Below, one piece after another: positions 51,893-64,000 of a DNA stretch of 64,000 nt (within the stretch, counting starts at the first letter, position 1; every line of letters starts with the position of its first letter). A program made the translations under genes and the position numbers. The notes beneath the pieces are model-generated. The model saw nothing but the letters and a program-made list of their open reading frames with translations, searched no databases and was not told where the DNA came from. The stretch comes from Kondoa subrosea (Eukaryota), in assembly GCA_039545335.1 (NCBI GenBank), contig BCIN01000006.1:248001-312000 (forward strand), in the 5' to 3' direction.

Positions 51893-52447
51893 GATCTACA
51901 AAGCTAGCAATGCTGGTGCAGATGCGGAAATCAAGGATTAGACGGCGAAGTGATAGAGTCGACGAAGACCGGCGATGGAAGTCAGTATGCGACAAACTTG
52001 AAAGGACCTAAAGGTAGTTGCGTAAAGGAAGAAGTTCCCAGAATTGGCTTGCTATACGCTTGTACTTGCTGTGCAGTACGTCGAGATGATGACTTCTGTA
52101 CTCTCTATCCGTATGGGCGATACCTCGACACGTCGACGACAAAGTAAGGCGGATGAAATTGGGCGAAGGGAAGAGTGGCTGCAAGAGAAGCACGACTGAA
52201 GTGATAACAGGGGAGACACAGAGCAGGCTTTCAGTAGTAAGCTGAGTGAGCAATGGTTGAGGACAAAGGAGTAGCTCTCGTTGTTGTCGAGACGATCTTT
52301 CTTACATGCAAGCGGCCACTCAGGCTTGACACCACAGCAAGGCAACGTGTCTATTACCAGCATCTTGCCCTATATACCTGCTGCTGGTATTGCCAAACGA
52401 TTCCCCTCGCTTTGCCCGACTCCTGCTTCTATTGATAGAGAATCAAT

Positions 52448-55103
52448 ATGGCTCGTCCTCTGTCGCCTCTGAGCAGCAAGAGCCCTCTGGCTGACTCTGT
52501 AACCTCATTCGAGACTGCTACAAACGAACCAGAAACTGCAGCTTTACCTGAATTGCACGCTGCAGCTCAAAAGGGAGATACGCAAGCAATACAAGATCTT
52601 CTCAAATCAGGTTCAGCGGATGCAAATGATCGAGATGCTCAAGGGATCACTGCTTTACATTGGGCAGCAATCAATAATCGATTAATGGCGTGCAAAGATC
52701 TCTTACAACATGGTGCGGAAGTAGACGCTATAGGTGGTGAATTGCAAGCTACACCAATGCAATGGGCAGCAAGAAATGGTCATCTTTACATTGTTCACTT
52801 ACTCATTTCACACGGTGCCGATCCTGCTTTGACCGACGCTCAAGGTTTCGATACTTTACATTTAGCGATTCATTCTTCTTCTCCTATGCTTATTACCTAC
52901 CTTCTTTCACAACAATTACCAGTAGCAACAGATGCGGTAGATCGAGCTGGAAGAACTTGCTTGCAATGGGCTGCTTATCAAGGGGATGGGATTTCGGTCG
53001 ATTTGATGCTCAAATATGGCGCAGATCCAAACAAGAAAGATCCTGGTGGTCTTACAGCTTTGCATGTAAGTATCTATTTTGCGGAGAATTCAAGCTGCGC
53101 GCTGATGTTTGGGATAGTGGGCAGTAGTGAAAGGCAATGTGAATTGTATAGCAAAGATCATGGAAGCTGGAGCAGATCCATCGCAGAAGAATGCTGAATC
53201 ACAAACACCTTTTGAACTAGCTAGGCAACTCAATTCAGTTTCTGCTTGGCAGAGAGCCATGGCTTCAATCGGAAGAGAACCAGATGGAAGAGTCAAACAT
53301 CGTCCGTTGAATGACAAGAATACCCAATGGGCTATCATGACTTTACCTACTGTGATGCTCTATGCTGGATTCAAGACTTTTGCCATCTTACCTTGGTATA
53401 CTGCTATACCTGTCGTCTGTTAGTCTATACGTTTCCTTGTGTTCGAAGAGATGCTAAACTCTTTTTATAGGCGCTGAATGGTTTGGCTTACATCATGTGG
53501 TCGTCAAAGTTCTACTGGATAGTAAAGGATCAGATGATAAAATCAGCAAGAGTCCATATCTAGCTGGAGTATTGGCAGCTAGTATCATATGGGCTGGATG
53601 GACATGGTTGACCACTCTAGTATCAGGTAAATATCCCTCTTCATCATTAGGTAATCAAGTTCTGATATCCAATCAAGGCACTTCGGGCTATGCTACTACA
53701 AACTTGGTTTTCGCTATCTCTTATCTCGTTTGCGCCTATAATTTCGTCAGAGCAATGACTTTGGATCCTGGTCATGTACCAAAATTGCAGAGCGAGACGC
53801 AAACGAAAGAGGTGCGTTGTGATACTATTGTGATGGTATTCCATCTCAGCAGTTTCGTCGGGTACAGGTGGTCGAGGAATTGGTCATTGCTGGCTCCTTC
53901 ACTGGAGCCGATTTCTGTCTACCTTGCATGGTGAGCAGCTCTACGTGAGAAATTGTACTTCAGCTGATGCCCAGTAGGCTAGGAAACCTTTGCGCTCGAA
54001 ACATTGCCGCATCTGCAACCGATGTATTGCCAGACATGATCAGTGAGTTCTCGGCTGTCCAGAATTGATCATATGCTGATTAAGATTCTATAGTCATTGC
54101 GTAGGCAGCTTGACTCGGAAAGACTAATGGAAACTGACTAGAACATGACAGCCCTGGATCTGGAATTGCGTTGGCGTCAACAACCACCGCCAATTCATTC
54201 TCTTTGTTGTCATGCTTATCATTGGCATTGTTTCATTTGATCGACTTGCATATGCTTGTAATTTCTCTATTCTGTTTTTGTCATAACGTGCTAATCAAAA
54301 CCAGATTTCTACCAACATACACCTTCACCTTCACCTTCAGATACCCCAGCATCAATAGAAGACGATTCCATGTGCCTATTTCCTCGTGTGATATGTCAAG
54401 CAGCTCAATTCGATACCTTCACCTTCGTCGTTGCCCTCTGGTCCACCTTACAACTAAGCTGGACTCTAATCGTCTTGGCTGGACAAGCTTTCCAAATCAC
54501 ACGACAACTTACAACGTACGAACTGTCAAATCTAGGCAGACATGGGTATATGCAAGGCAAGAGTGGTCAAAGTTTATCACCTCAAACAAATCATCCTGCC
54601 GTACAAAGATTATCTGCTATGGCTCAAGAACAAGGTCTACCTCCTCCTGGTACAAGACAATGCAATAATCATGCTCCTGGTCATAAACATTCTTCTTTCC
54701 TGACAAAGATCTTACCTGCCGGACTTCTATCTGTTCTCGGATTGGACTTGTATACCAAGGGCAAAGCAGTAGATGGTATCACTGTAAGTCGATTGTTACA
54801 ACCATATATCTGCGCTAATGGTCTGTTGCAGGTTGCGAGCAGTAACGAAGGGAAGAAGAAGAACCCTTTCGATATGGGTATTTGGGCCAATTGCTCTGAT
54901 TTCTGGACCAGAGGAAGAACATTAGGTGTAGATTATACCACTGTGAATATCTTCTCCTCCTCCGTACATTCGCGCTTGCTAAAGTTTTGATTCAGTTGTA
55001 TGCGATACCTGAAGAAGGCTTCTCACAGAATTCCGTCAAAAGGCGGCGGAATGAGAAGAGAGGAAGCACAGCATATGAGATGCTACATTCTGAAGATGTA
55101 TGA
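52448..55103 (+). CDS. AKR1: Ankyrin-repeat DHHC palmitoyltransferase Akr1
   Basis: Several ankyrin repeats ([22 protein letters not shown]), TM helices, [45 protein letters not shown]. Confidence 0.95.
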
Positions 55104-55302
55104 TGTGATGCAGTAGGACATTCATGATTGTAATATATTTGGGTCATGCGCGGCATTTCATTGTTTCATTGGAACGTTGAAGTGAATCAATATCTGCTCG
55201 AGCAGCCTACTCGGCGAGCCGACATACCTGGAAAAGTGATATCCTGCCTCTGTTCCGTTTGTCTCAAGAATCTCCTCAAGTCGCTCGCAACTTCCGGCGT
55301 AA

Positions 55303-58018
55303 ATGACCTGCTCCATCTGTCTAGTGCATTCAGATTCTGCATCTATTTCTTGCAACAGCTGCAGACGCAGCGTACATCTGGATTGCTTCGCGCTGCCTTC
55401 AACTTTAGAGACTTGGACATGTCCTGAATGCTCGCATGGTGTAGCGAATGAGCTAGTTCGTAGTGTCTTCTTCTCGCATCAGTAGTATGCTCATGTTTGT
55501 GTTAGCATTGTGAAGTGTGTACAGTGAGGGAGAAGCAGCACTTGCGTCTGCCTTCGAGGGAGAGTGGACCAAAGAGCAGCATCAAATGGGCTCATATGCT
55601 ATGTGAGAATATGCAGCTTTTGGACCGTATGCTTTGACCAAGACGAAAGACACAGGCGTCCTGTACTCGTCTGCTCTAGGGATTAATCATAGTACCGGAC
55701 GATCATTTATAGGACTGGAAAGTGAGCTATACTAAACATTGACGTGCTCTCATGCTGAATCATTGCATGTAGAAGTGAATCCTTCGCTGAGAAAATTACG
55801 ATGTTCAGTCTGCAATACGTGTAAGGGCATCTGTAAGCGAATCCGCTGCTACTCTTCCTCAAGCTCACACATTCTGAAAGGTACACAATGTACTTATGCG
55901 AACTGCCGCAAGCCCTTCCATCCGTTGTGCTGCTACACTCATGGCGGAGGATTTGATCAAACGGGTCAGAAAATCAAGAACGGGCAAGTTGTTCTTTCTA
56001 CCAAATGCCCAAAGCACAATTCTCGTTCAGTGAGTATGCAAGCATCTGTTACATGCGATTAAATTGATCCTTTTACACAGGTGAAGATCGTTCAAATCGA
56101 AAAAGACCCTGCTGTTCAAATACCGCCTGGCTGGCGCGGCTGGGTCGATGATACTAGACAAGACTCACCGATCTTACCAGAAGACTATGGAAAAGATTTA
56201 GATCACACGCACTTCAAAGATCTAGAAATAGCAAATTGGGTCAACTTGAATCCAGATAAAGCAAGACCATCAAGCGTATCCTGTAAGAAATGTTTCGAAG
56301 AACTCCTTATCGATGCAGACTGTCTCGATCTCGATGTCAGCAAGGGCTCAAAGCTTCTATGGAAGCTCATCAAAGATTCCGATCATCATTGGTCCAGCTG
56401 TGAGGCAACTCGTCTTAATCCATACTCTAATGTAGAACAATGGATACATGATTACAAATCTGTGTTTCGCAAGCCGCCTCAGAATGACTATCTTTCCAGA
56501 CTTAAAACATTAGAAGAGGATCTGATACGCTGTGAAGAGAGAAGAGACCATCTGATTGTGTTGGAACGGAGTGCATTGGAAGAACATGGCGAAGCTTCTG
56601 AAGAAGTCAAGCGGCTGTCACGAGAACTCAATACTGCCTTAACGAATGTCAACAGAGCACGCAAACGAATACCTATGCATCGCAGGCCTATCGAGAGGCC
56701 AGTACAAATGGTTCAATCGAAGAAGAAACGCAAGAGCAGTTCAGCTCAAAAAACTCAAGTTACTGTTCCAAATGCTGACGAGAGCGATATCACGCCGCAT
56801 CCGTCTCCTGCACAGCTCTCTTACTTTTCTCCGCCTCTATATCGCTGGACCACTCAGTCCACTGAACGTAGCCCGCCTCCTCTTTCTCCGGCAAACGCAG
56901 CAATGAAAGAAACTGTTCGACCCCAATCTCCCGTGCCTTCGCTATTCCAGAACAGTGCTACTCAAAATCAGAGTTTTGAACTTCCAACTCCAGCGCCGCA
57001 TTCGTCGAGCTCCAGCAGAACAAATGCTTCTGCTTCCTCTGATGCTCGACGACCATCAGCGGCCAACCTTTCCGACAAGCATTCTTCCGCTGAAGTGACA
57101 CCTTTCGGGCAAGGGCAAAGAGAGAAAAGAAAGAGAGAGGAATCCCTTGACCAGCAGAAGAAGCAGAAGAAAGCGAAGCTTGAGACAGCAAAAGAGCAAA
57201 AGAAAGATCTCAACCCGGCCTTCTTCCGCGCAAGTGATGGCGCTGCGCCTGAGATCAATCCTTCAGCTGCAAGATCTCCAGACAATACTTTTGCTCGATC
57301 ACCTTCTTTGAAGCATCATTCCTCCATTACGACACCGCCTGCGCGGCTTTCTTCCTCTTCTCCTTCCTCTGCATTTACTAGGCAATCTGAAAGTCCTAAT
57401 CGCTGTCGACAACGTTCTGAGTCGCTGGAATTCATCTCTTACAACCCGAAATCATCGCAAGCAACAGCGAAACCTTGCGAACCATTCATACATCCATCGA
57501 GCGCAAGCCAAGCATCAGAGCCCTTAGAAGATCCTGTTCCGGCTATATTAGAACCACTGCCTCAACAGAAGACTGTCGAACTTCTGCTGACCGCAACTGA
57601 AAACAAAATCTCAATAGCAACAGCCAGAGCTTTTGCTCTTCACCTCTATGCACTTGGTCTCCAAGACCCAGTAGACTTTAGCTACTTCACTTCTAAGTCG
57701 TGGAAATCCTTCATCGAGAATTTTCCGTTCCCTAAACCAGCTGGCAAACCGCTCGAGCATATACGTGCGAATCGAGCTATTGGAACATATGTCGACACAC
57801 TGTCTGTGAGCAAAATCGAAGGACTTTCCACTCAGCAAGAACAGCTTTCTAATGTTCTGAACGACTTATCGCCTGGTTTGGGTTGGTCAAAAGAAGTGTT
57901 GCAATGTCTGTGGGTTTCATTCATGTTTTACGTACCTGTGTAGATGCTGACGAGTATGATAAGATCTGATATGGGCTTCTCCTCAGCAAATGATCTGCGC
58001 GAGTCTAAAGATAAATAG
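55303..58018 (+). CDS. PHD + extended-PHD (PZP-like) chromatin reader-like protein; possible extension to 58111
   Basis: CSIC..CNSC...VHLDC..WTCPEC (PHD); CEVC..WAHMLC; CSVC..GI..QC...CRKPFHPLC...CPKH (ePHD); long exon 56081-57909; last exon hits TAG at 58016. Confidence 0.8.
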
Positions 58019-58519
58019 CAAGATTTGGTTTCAAGTGAATTCTGGACTGAAGCTACACTTCCTCAGTACCTCAAATTCCTTTTGGATCATACTATACGGC
58101 AGGTATTGTAACAGCAAATTTGTCGGCTTACAACAAATCGCAGTCCCTTGTTTTCCTTGTTAATCATCTATTCTTGGGTTCTTCTGTGTCTTTTGGTTGT
58201 ACCTAGCGCTCTCTGTAATAATTGGTAATGTACTCAACCAGAGTTATAAGTCGCTCGAATCGTGATGGTTCACTTTGATCTCCTTTCCTCACAACTTTGA
58301 TTAATTGCGCCTAAGTAGCTGAACTGAACGGTAACATGAAATAGCATCGGAGTATCATTTGACATACTCGATTGGAAGATGAAGAGACGCAGCATGCTGT
58401 AATAAATCAAAGAGCTAACAGCAGCCAGTGAAAGAGCGCAGATGAAGCAACAATAAAACTCGGCGTTGCAAACAAACATATACACACATACTTCCCTCCT
58501 ACTGTCTCGCGTAAAGCGA

Positions 58520-59723
<1,204 letters not shown>

Positions 59724-60014
59724 GGGTGAATCGATGAAATGTGATTGGTTCTTGAAGAGCAACAACTCGCTCAAAAATCCGCATTGCTCTTCTCGCGTCT
59801 GCCACCTAGAGTGCTACAATAGCAGCAGCATAGCTGGCAGATTGGTATCCTGCAACTTGCTCCGTGATCTATCTTGTATTGTTCTAGTTCTTTGGCGAGG
59901 AATGACTGGTTGCCGAATCTTCGTATCTTCTTATCCCTAATCTGATCTGATCTGCATACCTTGCGTGTTCGTCTCGTCTCTGCCTCTTTGCGGACAACGC
60001 TCTTCTTCAGAGGG

Positions 60015-61575
60015 ATGAACTTGTCTTTTCTCCGTCGCCTGATTGGGCAAGGTCAAGCGTCTTCAGTATCACCAGCTCCTTCAGGTGGTCAACTTACAGC
60101 AGTCACGGACGCAACTCAACATTGCACAAAAGTAGGGCTCATCCTCAATGAGCAGTGGAAGGTCGAGAGATTGCTGGGTACCGGTCTATGTTCGCGAGTC
60201 TGGTTAGTGCGCGATATAAGGCAGGCTTCTCTCTCATTCCTACTTGAAATTGGACTAATCATTAGCTTACATAAAGAGTCAACCATCCTGTCTTCAAAGC
60301 TGCAAAGATCCTTACATTGCAAGCTACGAAAGCAAACAAGGCCGGCATCATGCAAGAGTTGGCAGTCTACAAGCATTTGCAGACACACGCTTCATCCGAA
60401 GCTGAGGGCGTGCATCTGATGGAAACCTCTTTCGAGCTTCTGGGTGATGAGGATGCCATCTGTGCATCATCTTGCCTTTGTGCAGCTCCGATGTTGCTGC
60501 CTTTTGCGATAGGTACTTCTCTATTTCATGCAATTGCTGGGGACTGATGCTTGAAGTCTCACACAGCGCTCCGCGGGAAGCCTTACCGATTTCCATTGTT
60601 CGATTGCTGGTATCTCAAATCCTGGACAGTCTGGGCACGCTTCACAGTCATCATATCATACACACAGGTAAGACGAATGTCTGCAAGCTCTGGCATTTGC
60701 TGAGATTGTGGATATAAGATCTCAAAGCCAGCAATGTTCTCTTCGATAATTACAGAACTCCAGAGGAAATTGTGAAGCTTCTCGAAAAGGAAACCTGCAA
60801 TGGCCCGGAAGAGCATGAAACAAGCCTTTTGAATCTGCCTCAACCTTTACCGCATGACTTTCGTTGGAATGACGCTCGAATTATTGTCGAGCTTTATCAT
60901 GTGACGCTGATGGATTACTCCCATGGTGAGTATCCTCGTTACTGACTAAATAGCTGAGTGCTTACTCTTTTGTTTTTTTTCCAGCACGCCTCGAGAATGA
61001 TCAACCCGCTCAACCCATCGTATCGCCAATAGGTTTAAGGGCACCTGAAGCAGTCATTGGTGCTCCAATAGACCTTAAGATCGACATCTGGTCGCTAGGC
61101 TGTCTAACCTTTGAATTACTTACTGGCCGACATCTCTTTGGTCAATTGTTCGACTTTCCAAATGTCGCGCCAGAAGCTGCCCTATTAGCACGCATACATC
61201 AAATGGGCCTAGCTCTTCCTCCGTCTTTAATACAGTCTGGCAAGCTGTCGGACCAATTTTACACAGAGCAAGGTAATGCCGCTCTTGCAAAAAGTGCGAC
61301 GAGTTTTCAGCTAATGGCATGGGATAGGCGTTCTCAAGCTTACTATGTCTCCTCCAACCACTCTTGAAGTTGCTCTCGGGTCTTATGGAATTTTGCATCC
61401 TGACGATATTCAGCCCGCTGCCAATTTCCTTAAGCTCTGCCTACAGCCTGATCCCAGTCTACGCGCATCTGTCAATGTGTTGAATCAGGATTCTTGGATG
61501 GACGGCGCTTTCATGTGCGAGGGATGGAGGGATCCACCCGAAATCGAAACTATCGTACAGATCCATCGCAGTTGA
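60015..61575 (+). pseudogene. SRPK-like (CMGC) protein kinase with an apparent 1-nt frameshift
   Basis: LGTGLCSRVWLVRD, AAKIL, HLCIIL, IIHTDLKASNVL, DYSHA, LRAPEAVIG..IDIWSLGCLTFELLTG; frame break at 60449-60451. Confidence 0.7.
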
Positions 61576-61869
61576 GTTTTTTGTGTTGTATGTACCAGAT
61601 CATTTTATTGTTGTACTATACGCGTCGTGATGTGTACATTCACTGTCTCCCTCATAACAACTCATTGCACTATTTTACTTATCCGACTGTGACACGCTGC
61701 GGCTTGATTACGTTCTGATCTAGTTGCTTCCAATCACCATCTCAGCGCTATACCCGAGTTTGATTGATCCCATTTCTAGGATATATAACGGGCCTGCACC
61801 AGTCTAGTCTAGCTAGCGATCTCCACTTAAGAGATAGCCACTATCGAGCGAAACGTTTCTTGTGCATTC

Positions 61870-64000
61870 ATGCCAGCTCAAAATCGAGGTCGTGGTGGAT
61901 CTAGAGGACGTGGAAATGCTTCTCCTCGCGGTAGAGGTGCTTCAAGAGGCAAAGGCAGAGGGAACGCACTACCCAACAGATATGACGATTTCGAAAGTGT
62001 GTTCTGCACATGCTGGTCCGAACGAAGGCAGAGGTTGATATGTCATTGACAACAAACAGATATCAGTCCTTCTTTTCATCGTGGACTTGGTTTCGCTCCT
62101 CCTAAAGATAAATCTGCTTCTACTACCAAATCGAACGGGTTCAATAGCCCTTATGAAAGACCTTTGCTTAAACCTGTTCTCTTCGTTCGTGGTAGTGCCC
62201 AACCTTTGTTGACTGTTGATCCTCCACCGCAAGAGCGAATACAAGTATCTGAAGAGAAGGATGTGCAACATATCATTCTGCCACTTGCTCCTGCTCAAGA
62301 AGAGCAAGAGATGGAAGCGGTGCCGGCACAGCCTACGGTAGACACTGCAATCATTGATGATACTCAAACGGAAGCAAAATCTTTTCCGCTCGATCCGGTC
62401 GGAGAGCCTTCTCCTGTCATTGAAGCTGTCTCTGCCTCGCATACGCAACCCGAATTCGAAAGTGAAGGTACAGAAGTCAAGGAACCAGCACCTCTCTTCT
62501 TCGTCGATTCAGAACCTTCTTCAACAGAACCGATCTTTACAACAAATACTTATCCCATTCTCGGATTGCAACCAGATTCTGATTCAGAAGAAGATGAAAT
62601 TCTTTACATTCCTCCTTCTCGTCGTACACCAGCTGAATCACTTCCACCTCTTGAGTCCAATTCCCCACCACCATCCCTTCTTCCCATCTTACCTGATCAA
62701 ATAAGTTTACCTCAAATTACTAATACTTCTGAATTACCTTCAATCATTCCTATTGAAGCTTTCGTACCACTTAAAGGAAAGAAAAAGAAACAAGCTAAAA
62801 GAGAAGCTCGATCTAGGAGGAAAAGGGATCGTCGTTCTAATCTTTACAGAATGACTGATTTACCTTCTGATGCTGAAGAATTATCAGTTTCCTCCAATGA
62901 AGAAATAGAAGAGGATGTGATTATTGGAAAAAAGAAAGGAGGTGGAGGAGGGAAATGGAAGAAGAAAGAAGATGCTGCTGTTGCTGATTATATTGCTAAT
63001 GCTATGCAAGATTTGGAAGAAGGCGGAGAAGAAGGAATGACTTCTTTTGAAGCTTCTATCATGTTCAGATCCGGAAGAGGACAAGGTCAAATGACTTTGG
63101 GCGATTTGGAAGATGAAAGAGCTTTGAGAGAGTATGAAGTTGAGAGAGAGATGATGGGTAATGGTGGATGGGAAACAGAAGAAGAAGAAGAAGAAGAAGA
63201 AGAAGAAGGAGATGAGTTGGAGATCGCTTTGGAAGAAATGGATATCCTTGGTGAAAGCAGCGGAAGCGAGGATAGCTTGGACGAAGAGGTACTTCAAAAT
63301 GAAGAGCAAGATAGTAGTGAAGAAGATAGCTCAGACGACGAGATGTTTACTGGCAAAAACCAATGGGCTATGGAACTTGATGATGAGATTGATGTGGGTC
63401 CTCGCTACCTAGTCAGAGTATGGCGTCGTACTGATAATCTATAACAGCGCATTCTGGGAGAAGATCCTGATCTTCTCACTTCCAACGGAAACCGCAAGAA
63501 GAGGAAACAACTATTCAAAGCTGTCACGAATGGAGACTTCTCGATGTTTGATGACGATGATCCAATTTTTGCTCCAGGTCGGTCATTGAGCTGTTTTATT
63601 TTGATGCACATGCTCAATCCTTCCTCATCGGTAGCTTCTTCAAGGAAAGGCAAAGGCAAGAAGAGGGCAACCATGTTTGATTCGGACGATGAATTTATGG
63701 AAGAACTGCAACAACAATGGGAACAAGATCGTCAGCGAAAGTCTTTGCGCAAGAAAGACCGTTTAGCAGCTCGCTTAGCACAAAACCCAACGAAAGCTAA
63801 CAAGAAGAAAGCCAAACGAGCTGGCGTGGAAGTTCGACCTACCTCTTCTGTCAATTTGCGCATCATCCATTCTGATATTGTTGCTTTCCTCCAACGACCT
63901 GATATTCCTTCACTTTCACTGCCACCGATGTCGAAACGGGATCGAGTTGCAGTTCATCTCTTAGCAGAAGCTTATTCCCTAGCTAGCAACAGCAAAGGAT
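61870..64000 (+). CDS. SQS1: SQS1-like R3H (G-patch expected downstream) protein, 3'-partial
   Basis: RG-rich N-terminus, LLKPVLFV, PLFFVD, acidic middle, LQQQWEQDRQRK, R3H start LPPMSKRDRVAVHLLAEAYSLASNSKG at the window end. Confidence 0.8.
63178..63207 (+). repeat. (GAA)10 coding microsatellite (poly-Glu)
   Basis: Uninterrupted GAA run inside the SQS1-like acidic region. Confidence 0.9.

Noticed and set aside
51900..52440. Small ORFs between the histidine phosphatase and AKR1
   Set aside because: No recognisable protein or coherent exon chain; more likely divergent promoter/UTR sequence.

Overview
Gene-dense, intron-rich fungal nuclear DNA with short GT-AG introns (mostly about 45-60 nt), CTRAY branch sites and many microexons. 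Gene content and style suggest a basidiomycete; this is inference. About 30 protein-coding loci were assembled by hand from the ORF track plus splice signals. Recognisable genes: ERG2, a METTL16-type methyltransferase, a MedA-type and an HSF-type transcription factor (divergent), ATP14 and INH1/IF1 (head-to-head, 86 bp apart), a bestrophin-like channel, a PASK/PIM-like kinase, sideroflexin, CCT4, RHO2, VPS51, TSR1, a 7TM protein, PRP4 kinase, CAR2, TCP1, GLC8, a histidine phosphatase, AKR1, a PHD/ePHD protein, NDUFS7, an SRPK-like kinase, SQS1 (partial), plus several orphans. The most notable signal is a ~220-nt SRP-RNA-like structured element (34883-35104). It has the fungal Alu 5' motif and a T-tract end but no canonical helix 6/8 loops, and it appears to sit in an unusually long intron of a spliced, probably non-coding host. 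Other highlights: catalytic residues encoded on 5-8-nt microexons, an orphan with a plant SHI/STY-like zinc finger, an in-frame TAG at a putative Trp position in the PHD gene, and a frameshifted SRPK-like kinase. No tRNA, rRNA, CRISPR or clear transposon was seen. Exon boundaries are manual predictions.
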